This document shows, one piece after another, positions 9,559 through 17,659 of a DNA stretch of 64,000 bases. The notes beneath the pieces are model-generated. The model searched no databases. It was not told the DNA's origin and worked only from the letters and a program-made list of their open reading frames with translations. Positions within the stretch are counted from its first letter, which is position 1. Each line of letters begins with the position of its first letter. This DNA comes from Candidatus Lindowbacteria bacterium RIFCSPLOWO2_12_FULL_62_27 (GTDB lineage Bacteria > Lindowbacteria > 2-12-FULL-62-27), in NCBI GenBank assembly GCA_001784175.1, contig MFPR01000028.1, positions 37,955 through 101,954 of the forward strand, given 5' to 3'. A program made the position numbers and the translations under genes.

Positions 9559-9852
9559 TCAGGCCGCAATTTTTTCGATTTTGAATCTGTATCCCAGCGC
9601 CTCCAAAACGTGTCTCAAATTCTTGTAGGTGGGGTTTCCGTTCGCGGAGAACATCCGGTATAAGCCGGCCCTGTCCAGCCGGACTTTCCTTGCAACAAGA
9701 CTCATGCCGCCATGGGCCTCCGCCACATTCTTCAGCGCCTCCAGAAACAGAGTCGGATCCCCATCCGCCACGGCCGCGTCCAGGTATGCCTGGGCCGCCT
9801 TCGGTTTTTTGAGCCGTTCGATCAGATCTTCCTTGAATGTCAGTTTGGGCAT
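9559..9852 (-). CDS. Addiction-module antidote, HTH antitoxin (HigA-like)
   Basis: AYLDAAVADGDPTLFLEALKNVAEAHGGMS...LYRMFSANGNPT. Start ATG 9852. Confidence 0.88.
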   Translation of the reverse strand: MPKLTFKEDLIERLKKPKAAQAYLDAAVADGDPTLFLEALKNVAEAHGGMSLVARKVRLDRAGLYRMFSANGNPTYKNLRHVLEALGYRFKIEKIAA

Positions 9853-9853
9853 G

Positions 9854-10195
9854 TCATTTACCTCTCTTTCTGGATTTGTATATCTTCCAGTACTCTTTGG
9901 CTCTTTTAATGTCCGCCGTCTGTGTGCTCTTATCCCCTCCACACAAAATCACCACGATCACAGGGCCGTCTTCGGCGACGTATATCCTGTACCTCGGCCC
10001 AAAATCTTCCTTGAGTTCAATAACCCCCTCACCCACGGACCGCCATTTGCCGAGATTACCCAACATCAGCTTGGTCAGCCGGACATCCAACTTGGCGACA
10101 TCGACCGGATTCTTCAGACTCATGAGCCATTCTCTGTAAGGGTACCGGTCTTTGGTCTCCTCAAAATAATAAAGCGTCCGCAGCACGGTCTCCAT
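9854..10195 (-). CDS. RelE/ParE-superfamily addiction-module killer toxin (HigB-like)
   Basis: GNLGKWRSVGEGVIELKEDFGPRYRIY...LCGGDKSTQTADI. Confidence 0.9.
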   Translation of the reverse strand: METVLRTLYYFEETKDRYPYREWLMSLKNPVDVAKLDVRLTKLMLGNLGKWRSVGEGVIELKEDFGPRYRIYVAEDGPVIVVILCGGDKSTQTADIKRAKEYWKIYKSRKRGK

Positions 10196-10201
10196 TTAAT
10201 G

Positions 10202-10230
10202 ATTGTAGATTATATTCAACATCAAGTCAA
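10202..10230 (-). promoter_or_regulatory. Sigma70 promoter of the HigBA-like pair
   Basis: Minus strand TTGACT-17bp-TACAAT, 6 nt before ATG 10195. Confidence 0.75.
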
Positions 10231-10243
10231 ATTTGCCCTGACA

Positions 10244-10448
10244 ATGCGGATTCAAGAACCGATGTCCCCGGACCGGATTTTGACGCCAGAACCCCAGAAC
10301 ACTCCGTCATTCCCGCGAACGCGGGAATCCAGACCCTTTTACCCGTCATCCGATCCGGAAACGTGCCGGAGGCACGCCCTCGCGCCCATTGGATGCAATC
10401 GGTATGTCCATCAACCAGAATCTCAAACCAGCTTCCGTCCCCGTCCAA
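10244..10448 (+). repeat. Mosaic palindromic repeat C (L2-core-R1)
   Basis: Core 10303-10358; L2 shared with D, R1 shared with A. Confidence 0.95.
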
Positions 10449-10449
10449 T

Positions 10450-10911
10450 TCATTCCCCGGATTTTTTGATGGTACTTTCCTTTAATTGTACCGATATTCG
10501 GAACGTTGTTTCCTTTTCGAGGCGTTCAAGGATTTCTCTCACAGAAATAATTTTGGTTTGTTTTTTCGCTTCCAACAGAACTGCCAGAAGACCGATGACG
10601 TGGATACCTCTTTCCATGGCGATTCGACGACCCCGTCTGTCGTCGATCAACAATAGGTCTGCATGCTTTTCCTCCGATAGAACAATCGCCTCCGATTCAC
10701 CTGCGCCAAGTTTTTTCTTCAAGTTGTCCACTGAATTGCGATCGGCCACGGCTTCGATTTTCATCCAAGCTGGCAATGATGGATGTAAATGTCCAAGTTC
10801 CGCGGCGACGGCGTCGGGAACACGGACGTCCTCATACAGGTCTCGAAGCAGATGGATGTGATTGATCCGGATCAGGGCGGAGACAGAGGAAGTATCGCTG
10901 ACGACAATCAA
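10450..10911 (-). CDS. DUF3368 PIN-domain (VapC-like) toxin
   Basis: MIVVSDTSS, VPDAVAAEL, LGAGESEAI, LLLIDDRRGR. Confidence 0.88.
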   Translation of the reverse strand: MIVVSDTSSVSALIRINHIHLLRDLYEDVRVPDAVAAELGHLHPSLPAWMKIEAVADRNSVDNLKKKLGAGESEAIVLSEEKHADLLLIDDRRGRRIAMERGIHVIGLLAVLLEAKKQTKIISVREILERLEKETTFRISVQLKESTIKKSGE

Positions 10912-11153
10912 AGTCTGTTGAGCGATTGAAGGGTCTTTAGGTCAGCTTCCAATTCATCGATGCCGTAATGTACGGCGATTTCTCGATTCGCCAATTCTTT
11001 CTGGAATTCGAGCACACCGAGTCCGGCGATTTCCGCCGCCTTGCCCATCGAAACCTGGTCGTCAACATACAGCCCAATGGCCAGATCAAGCTTCAGGCGT
11101 TCTGGCGGCAGGGTCAAATGATCGGGCAAATTCAAATCCAATCGAATGTTCAT
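10908..11153 (-). CDS. UPF0175 family antitoxin
   Basis: LAIGLYVDDQVSMGKAAEIAGL...EFQKELANREI; own promoter TTGAAA-17-TATGGT just upstream. Confidence 0.88.
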   Translation of the reverse strand: MNIRLDLNLPDHLTLPPERLKLDLAIGLYVDDQVSMGKAAEIAGLGVLEFQKELANREIAVHYGIDELEADLKTLQSLNRL

Positions 11154-11215
11154 GACTAAACCATACCGAACAGGCCGTGGGTTTTCAAGTTATCACCCCG
11201 GAATAGAAATAGGCG

Positions 11216-11377
11216 ATGCAGATTCAAGAACCGATGTCCACGGACCGGATTTTGACACCAGAACCAAGAACCCCAGAACTATCCGTCATTCCCGCGAACG
11301 CGGGAATCCAGACCCTTTTACGTGTCATCCGATCCGGCGACTCGCTCCGTGTTCCATTACTGCAAGTGTGACCCCGA
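11216..11377 (+). repeat. Mosaic palindromic repeat D (L2-core-R2)
   Basis: Core 11282-11337; followed by CCCCGAA tandem repeats. Confidence 0.95.
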
Positions 11378-11475
11378 ACCCCGAACCCCCCGGGGGTCCG
11401 AGGAGGCGAGAATCGCACGGGAGCGCATCAAACAGGCAGAAGTTTCGTTGATTTGAGGTCAAACGCATTCATGGT

Positions 11476-11829
11476 ATGAGGATTGCTGTGAAGAAACGGA
11501 GAATTGCGCCGGGCGATATCATTCCGCTCAACCAGATTGACCATCTGATATACGTTGTGCGGGGGCAGAGGGTGATGCTCGATTCTGATTTGGCACGGCT
11601 CTACGGCGTTACGACGTTCAATTTGAACAAGGCGGTTGGACGAAACACGATTCGGTTTCCTGATGACTTCCTGTTCCGGCTTTCGAAACAGGAATGGGAT
11701 TCTTTAAGATTCCAAATTGGAATCTTAAGGAAATTCAAAAAACACGATCAGCAAATCAACGCCCTCATCAACGCCATCCGCCAACTGCTCGCCCCGCCGG
11801 CACGACCCCATAAAAAAATCGGATTTTAA
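11476..11829 (+). pseudogene. ORF6N DNA-binding protein with internal in-frame deletion
   Basis: IYVVRGQRVMLDSDLARLYGV...RFPDDFLFRLS jumps directly to the C-terminal tail (KKIGF); the central segment usual in the family appears missing. Confidence 0.72.
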
Positions 11830-12277
11830 CCGCCAAGATCGCCAGACCGACCTGAACCCGCCTCCCGCCACGCCGGCCTGACTACCGGTCCAATGAAATC
11901 TGCCGCGAAAAATCCCGCCACACCTTAAAAAACTTTAGGCCTGAACCCGTCACCCCCGCAGGGACATCCCGTCCCATGCAGTCCGGCCGCCAAAATCCCG
12001 CCCCTCGAAACCGCCCTATGAGGCGCGAACTTTTTATGTTGCCCGCCCGTTTGTTGAATGTGGGGCATCGAAATGTCCTGAGGCTCCCCAAGGAGTACCC
12101 TCATCGAAAGAGGTTCCTGAAGGTTGTTGCACAGATCCAAAAACTTCGGGGTCCTTGATTTTTCACGAAGTTGTCGAAAGTGCGCATAGCGCTTCCCTCG
12201 GAAAAGCTCCAAAAATCGTCCGTCTCGCCGTTTTTCAGGTTCAGTATTTGTGTAAATGTGTCAACCCGACACCCTGA

Positions 12278-12847
12278 CTGACGCTGGCTGTCCGGCCGGC
12301 GGGCGGGCGCGACTGGATGGCGGCGTCATACGGGGCGCCGATGACCACCGGGCGCACATGGGACCTCCTGGTGTCGACGGACATGGGATCGGTGACCGTC
12401 GCATGGGACAACGCGCAGAATCTCCCCACCCGGTATGAGGCGTATCTGGTCGGCTTGCCGGGCGGGGCCGTCAATTTGAGGAAGGAGGCGTCCGCTCTTG
12501 TTTCCGCCGGGCCGCCCTTGACGCTGGTCGTCGGCGTGTCCGAATTTGTTGCGCCATTTCTGGCGGCGCCATTGTCGAAGGAGATGTCTTTCGCATTTCC
12601 GAATCCGGCCGAGGACAACGTAACATTCAAATACAACTTGCAGGCGGCGGGCGATGTATCGATCAAGATTTTCGACGTGGGCGGGCGGCTGGTGCGGGAG
12701 CTGAAGGCGTCAGGAGCGGCCGGGTCCAACACGCTGACGTGGGACACGACGAACAGGCACGGGCAGAAGGTCGGGTCGGGCGTGTATATCTACAGATTGG
12801 AGGCCGGCGGGAACCGGCTCATCGACAAGCTGGCGGTGGTGCGATAA
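12278..12847 (+). pseudogene. C-terminal fragment of a secreted protein with FlgD-Ig/T9SS-type sorting domain
   Basis: AFPNP...IKIFDVGGRLVREL...TWDTTNRHGQKVGSGVYIYRL; no signal peptide; frame opens just after a small hairpin at about 12259-12273. Confidence 0.65.
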
Positions 12848-12902
12848 GCGGAGGAGAATGCTCGGTCAGTTTTCCGACGGATCCATTTTGTGGTAAACAA
12901 TT

Positions 12903-12920
12903 CAGGGTTGAAATGCGGCG
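12903..12920 (+). repeat. 18-bp direct repeat, right copy; overlaps a possible -35 for bfr
   Basis: Identical to 8558-8575; TTGAAA-17-CAGAAT follows. Confidence 0.85.
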
Positions 12921-13048
12921 TGGGATAGGACAGAATGACCTTCGTCCCCCCTTGAAAAGGGGGGAATGAGGGGGGTCGATCCCTTTTCATCGACCGGTGA
13001 CAAGCGGCGGCCTCCGGGTCGCCGGACAAATCATGAGGTGACGGGATC

Positions 13049-13519
13049 ATGAAAGGCCACGCGGATTCGATCAAATTACTGAACGAAATCCTTCGGTTTG
13101 AACTGACGGCCATCAATATTTATTTTGTCCAGGCCAAAATGGCGAAGAATTGGGGATACGCGAAACTGAACGCCATGTTTCAGAAGGAATCCATTGAAGA
13201 AATGAAACACGCGGAACTCGTGATTGATCGCATCCTCTACCTGGAAGGCATTCCCAACATGGCGGCCTACAACAAAATGAGGCTCGGGTCCGACGTCCAG
13301 AAGCAGCTTCAGATCAACTGGGAGATGGAAAAGGGCATCATCGACTGCCTGAACAACGGAATCAAAAAAATGGTCGCCATCGGCGACAACGGCACCCGCG
13401 AGATGGCGGCGAAAATCCTGGTCGAAGAAGAAGAACACGCCGACTGGATCGAATCCCAGCTCCACGCCATCTCCGAAGTCGGCCTCGCGAGATACCTGAC
13501 CGAACACCTGCACGCGTAG
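13049..13519 (+). CDS. bfr: Bacterioferritin
   Basis: ELTAINIY, ESIEEMKHA, ILYLEGIP, EEEHADWIE. Confidence 0.93.
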   Translation: MKGHADSIKLLNEILRFELTAINIYFVQAKMAKNWGYAKLNAMFQKESIEEMKHAELVIDRILYLEGIPNMAAYNKMRLGSDVQKQLQINWEMEKGIIDCLNNGIKKMVAIGDNGTREMAAKILVEEEEHADWIESQLHAISEVGLARYLTEHLHA

Positions 13520-13522
13520 GGT

Positions 13523-15517
13523 CTATTTCCGTTTCTGCTCCAGATCCGCGATCACGTCCCGCAGGGCCGCCGCCTTCTCGAATTCCAGCGCGTCCGCCGC
13601 CGCGAACATTTCGCGCTCCAGTCGCCGCACCAGCTCGCGCTTGTCACGCACCTGCTCCGCAATTTCGATGACCTGGTCCTGCTCGACCAGTTCCTCCTTG
13701 ACGGCACTCTGGATCGAGCGCGGCTCGATGCCGTGCGCGCGGTTGTATTCGACCTGCTTCGCCCGCCGCCGGCCGGTTTCAAGAATCGCGTCCTCCATGG
13801 ACTGCGTGGTGCGCTCCGCGTAAAGAATGACACGGCCCCGAATGTGCCTCGCCGCGCGGCCGATGGTCTGAATCAGGGAAACCTTGGAACGCAGGAAGCC
13901 CTCTTGATGCGCGTCGAGAATCGCGACCAGCGCGACTTCGGGCAGGTCCAGACCTTCCCGCAGGAGGTTAATGCCGACCAGCACGTCAAAACGGCCCAGC
14001 CGAAGGTCCCGCAGGATCTTGATGCGATCCAGCGTCTCGATGTCGGAATGCAGGTACTTTACGCGCAGCTTTTCCTGGCATAGAAATTCCGTCAGATCCT
14101 CCGACATCTTTTTCGTGAGCGTCGTCACCAGCACCCGCTCGCCCGCCGACACGGCCGCCCGGATTTCACGGATCAGGTCGTCGACCTGGCCTTCCACCGG
14201 CCGCACCACAATTTCGGGGTCGACCAGGCCGGTCGGCCGGACGATTTGCTCGACCACCTGGCCGGAGACCGACAGCTCGTACTCGCCCGGCGTCGCGGAC
14301 GAGAAGATCACCTGGCCGACGGAACCCATGAATTCTTCGAAGGACAGCGGCCGGTTGTCGTACGCGCACGGCAGCCGGAACCCGAAATCGACGAGGTTCT
14401 TCTTTCTCGCGCGGTCGCCGTTCAGCATCGCGTGGAGCTGCGGGATCGTGACGTGGCTCTCGTCGATGATCGTCAAAAAGTCCGGCTTGCCGCGAGGCGC
14501 CGGCTTCGCCTCCGCCGCCGCGTTGCCTCGATGCGCGAAGTAGTCCAGCAGCGTGAACGGCGGCTCGCCGGGCGCCCGGCCGGAAAGATGCCGCGAATAA
14601 TTCTCGATCCCCTTGCAGTACCCGATCTCGGTCAGCATCTCGAGGTCGTACAGCGTGCGCGATTTCAGCCGCTCCGCGTAATGCTCCTGGCCTGCGGCCT
14701 TCAGTTCCGGCAGACGGTGCCGCAGTTCCTCCTCGATCGCCGCGATCGCCGATTTTCTTTTCTCGTCCGTCGTCACATAGTGCTTGGCCGGATAGATCAC
14801 CGCGAAATCCATCGTCTTCCGCGCCCGGCCCGTGATCGGCTCCGTTTCGACGATCCGGTCCAGCGTGTCGCCGAAAAATTCCAGCCGGTACGCCGCGCTC
14901 GCATGCGCCAGATACACTTCGATCGTGTCGCCCCGGACGCGAAACGTGCCCCGCTTGAATTCGATCTGGCCGTTCTGGTACTGCATCCGGACCAGCCTCT
15001 GCAGCAGTGTTTTCTGAGGGTAGCTGTGGCCGGCTTGGAGCACCTGGACCATTTCGAGGAAATCCGAAGGTGCGCCGAGGCCGTAGATGCATGAGACCGA
15101 CGCCACGACAATCGTGTCCCGCCGCGTCAGCACCGCCGCTGTCGCCGCCAGCCGCAACCGGTCGATGCGGTCGTTGATCTCCGAATCCTTTTCAATGTAG
15201 GTATCGGTTTGGGGAATGTAGCTCTCCGGCTGGTAGTAATCGTAGAAACTGACAAAATAGTGGACTTCGTTTTTTGGAAAAAAATGGGTGAATTCCGAAA
15301 AAAGCTGCGCGGTCAGCGTCTTGTTGTGCGAGATCACCAGGACCGGACGGTTCAGGTGCGCGAGCGCGTTGGCCAGCGTAAAGGTTTTGCCCGAGCCGGT
15401 CACGCCCATCAGCGTCTGAAACCTCATCCCCGCCGCGACACCGTTCACCAGGCGCTCGATGGCGGCCGGCTGGTCCCCAGCCGGTTGGTATTCCGACTCA
15501 ATCTCAAATGGATTCAT
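13523..15517 (-). CDS. uvrB: Excinuclease ABC subunit B
   Basis: GDQP, GVTGSGKT, DYYQPE, DESH, GINLLREGLDLPEV, C-terminal UVR motif. Confidence 0.98.
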   Translation of the reverse strand: MNPFEIESEYQPAGDQPAAIERLVNGVAAGMRFQTLMGVTGSGKTFTLANALAHLNRPVLVISHNKTLTAQLFSEFTHFFPKNEVHYFVSFYDYYQPESYIPQTDTYIEKDSEINDRIDRLRLAATAAVLTRRDTIVVASVSCIYGLGAPSDFLEMVQVLQAGHSYPQKTLLQRLVRMQYQNGQIEFKRGTFRVRGDTIEVYLAHASAAYRLEFFGDTLDRIVETEPITGRARKTMDFAVIYPAKHYVTTDEKRKSAIAAIEEELRHRLPELKAAGQEHYAERLKSRTLYDLEMLTEIGYCKGIENYSRHLSGRAPGEPPFTLLDYFAHRGNAAAEAKPAPRGKPDFLTIIDESHVTIPQLHAMLNGDRARKKNLVDFGFRLPCAYDNRPLSFEEFMGSVGQVIFSSATPGEYELSVSGQVVEQIVRPTGLVDPEIVVRPVEGQVDDLIREIRAAVSAGERVLVTTLTKKMSEDLTEFLCQEKLRVKYLHSDIETLDRIKILRDLRLGRFDVLVGINLLREGLDLPEVALVAILDAHQEGFLRSKVSLIQTIGRAARHIRGRVILYAERTTQSMEDAILETGRRRAKQVEYNRAHGIEPRSIQSAVKEELVEQDQVIEIAEQVRDKRELVRRLEREMFAAADALEFEKAAALRDVIADLEQKRK

Positions 15518-16581
15518 TCCTCCATCACTTCCAGGTCCGTTCTCGGCGCGCCGTGCATCTGGTACCGGTCCCGGTCGTAGACGATGTCGTCCACGGATAG
15601 GGTGACTTGAAACGCCTCATCCGGCGGCAGGAGGGCATGGATCTTTTTGAACATCGACGTCGCGCCCACCAGGATCGAGGACGCGCGAACGGTCGGCAAT
15701 AGAAACCGGTACCGCTGGGACCACGTGCGGCCGCCGGCGCTGATTTCGAGCCGCAGCGCGAAACCGCTGTGCCCGCCCTTGACGAGTTTCCCGGACAGCG
15801 CTTCAGCCATCTCTGTGAGAAATTTTACCGGCATGCCGCCGCTCCCGGTCGGCCGGAGCGTGGCCGCCAGGGAAAGACGGGAGGGCTTGGCGAACGGCGA
15901 CACCTCATGATCGTCCTCGCCCAGGCCCAACTGCAGAAGCCGGCGGCCGACTCTGGGGAATTTCTGCTCCAGCGCCTCCGGATCGAGCCTGCCGACGTCC
16001 CCGATCGTTTCGGCGCCCATGAGCCGCAGCGCCGCAATCCATTTCTTGGGAATGCCCCAGAAATGGTCGATCGGCACGTCCCGGAGCTGCGCATCGGCCT
16101 GGCCGCCTTCGAACGACCGGCCGGTCTCGTTTCCGAGCTTCGCCAGAAACTTGTTTGTGGAGACGCTGAAGGCGGGCCGGAAGGGATACCGGTCGCAGAG
16201 GCGTGAAAGAAGAAGGGGCTGGAATGGATCCGCCTCGTCGTCCTCGTCAGACAAGTCGCAAAACCATTCATAGAAATCAAGCTGTTCCGTGAACGGGTAT
16301 TGCTCCCGAATCCGCATGTTCAGTTGCTCGGATATCTGCGCGTACAACTGGAAATCGGCCGGAATGAAAATGCAGCCGGGCCGGATCGCCCGCGCCTTCT
16401 CCAGAGGCAGGCGATGCCGGACGCCTGCTTCGAGCGCGCTGGAAGAACACGTCACCACAAACCCCGGCGACTCCGGGAAATGGATCGCAACGTCTGATTC
16501 CTCGGCCACATTCCTCCGGTCGCGTTCGATCGTCAAATAAAACTCCGGGATCTGGATGTGCAGAATTCTCATGGAATCCAT
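15514..16581 (-). CDS. Y-family DNA polymerase homologue, probably catalytically inactive (ImuB-like)
   Basis: DinB-like architecture (STNKFLAKL, FWGI) but acidic motifs altered: HIQIPEFY and LDFYEWF. Start 16581 or 16572. Confidence 0.7.
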   Translation of the reverse strand: MDSMRILHIQIPEFYLTIERDRRNVAEESDVAIHFPESPGFVVTCSSSALEAGVRHRLPLEKARAIRPGCIFIPADFQLYAQISEQLNMRIREQYPFTEQLDFYEWFCDLSDEDDEADPFQPLLLSRLCDRYPFRPAFSVSTNKFLAKLGNETGRSFEGGQADAQLRDVPIDHFWGIPKKWIAALRLMGAETIGDVGRLDPEALEQKFPRVGRRLLQLGLGEDDHEVSPFAKPSRLSLAATLRPTGSGGMPVKFLTEMAEALSGKLVKGGHSGFALRLEISAGGRTWSQRYRFLLPTVRASSILVGATSMFKKIHALLPPDEAFQVTLSVDDIVYDRDRYQMHGAPRTDLEVMEE

Positions 16582-16582
16582 T

Positions 16583-17272
16583 TTATCGGGCGCGTCGCCG
16601 CCGGGCAACCGACAGTGCGGCCTTCAGCGCGCCGCCCGCGGGGCCGAGGGTGGCGCCGCGAAGATAAAGCGGCAGAATTCCGGCCGCGGATTCGGTCCGG
16701 CCCTTGAGTGCTTTGAGCCAGGCCGCACGCGGCAGGCCCTGATGGAAAATTTCCGGCCGCACGGTCACACGGACAACCGCCGCAGGGATGTTGAGACTCG
16801 CGGCTTTTTGCGGCAGAAGAAGGCTTGGCTTGCGCAGACAAACCGGAGTGTCGGACTCTGAAATCCGGTACATGGCCGCATACTCCAGATTCTGCGCGGC
16901 CGGCAGCCGCACCCAGTACCGGGCCGTCCCGGGTCGGCCATCGAGCAGATGCTGGCCCATCGCCGCCGCCTCCAGGCGGTTCACGCCGACCATCGGCAAA
17001 TTCAGGCTCTGGCCCATGGCTTTCAGAACTGACATCCCAATCCGCAGGGACGTGAACCCGCCCGGACCTACGCCGCAGGCCAGAAAATCGAGAGCCTCCC
17101 AGGATGCTCCGGCGGACTTCTGGACATCGTCGATCGACCGGGTCACCCATTCGAGCGATGGCCGGCCGCAATCGGCGCGAACCTCGGCCAACGTCGTGGC
17201 GCCGTCGTAGATCCCAACGAGGGCGATCCGGTCCGACGTGTCGACCAGCAGAAATCGGGAAGCGGCGCTCAT
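16583..17272 (-). CDS. tsaB: tRNA t6A biosynthesis protein TsaB
   Basis: LLVDTS, GVGPGGFTSLRIG, PLYLR. Confidence 0.85.
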   Translation of the reverse strand: MSAASRFLLVDTSDRIALVGIYDGATTLAEVRADCGRPSLEWVTRSIDDVQKSAGASWEALDFLACGVGPGGFTSLRIGMSVLKAMGQSLNLPMVGVNRLEAAAMGQHLLDGRPGTARYWVRLPAAQNLEYAAMYRISESDTPVCLRKPSLLLPQKAASLNIPAAVVRVTVRPEIFHQGLPRAAWLKALKGRTESAAGILPLYLRGATLGPAGGALKAALSVARRRRAR

Positions 17273-17658
17273 GCCGAGAGGCGCGGTCCGCGGTTTTTCA
17301 TCGTGACGGTTCGGCGGCGGGAATCAGCGCTGTATTTGAATCGGACCTCCACTCTCCGGCGGGGAAGAAGGCGCGGAAACTTGTCCGCCCACTCGACAAA
17401 GATCGCCAGGCCGGGATCGGAGACGATTTCCTCCCAACCAAGCGACAGGACTTCTGCTTCGGAATTCAACCGATACCAGTCCAGGTGATGCACCGCGCCG
17501 CCGGGCAGATCATATCGCGCATGCAGAATGAACGTCGGACTCACGACCTGACGCGCAACTTCCGGAGCGCGCCTCTGAACCCACTCCCGGACAAACGTCG
17601 TCTTTCCGGCGCCCAAGGGTCCGATAAGCGCAAAGCAGGACGGCCCGGCTTGCCTCAT
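17269..17658 (-). CDS. tsaE: tRNA t6A biosynthesis ATPase TsaE
   Basis: GPLGAGKTTFV, VVSPTF, HLDWYRL, VEWAD. Confidence 0.92.
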   Translation of the reverse strand: MRQAGPSCFALIGPLGAGKTTFVREWVQRRAPEVARQVVSPTFILHARYDLPGGAVHHLDWYRLNSEAEVLSLGWEEIVSDPGLAIFVEWADKFPRLLPRRRVEVRFKYSADSRRRTVTMKNRGPRLSA

Positions 17659-17659
17659 C

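Noticed and set aside
8580-11390. CRISPR array or classical integron interpretation of the four repeats
   Set aside because: Spacers are 0.6-0.8 kb gene pairs, repeats exceed 140 bp and no cas genes are present. I could not identify attC RYYYAAC/GTTRRRY ends or an intI.
12944-12978. CCCCCCTTGAAAAGGGGGG hairpin upstream of bfr as a regulatory RNA
   Set aside because: A single short G/C-run palindrome; it cannot be told apart from a dispersed repeat remnant using this window alone.
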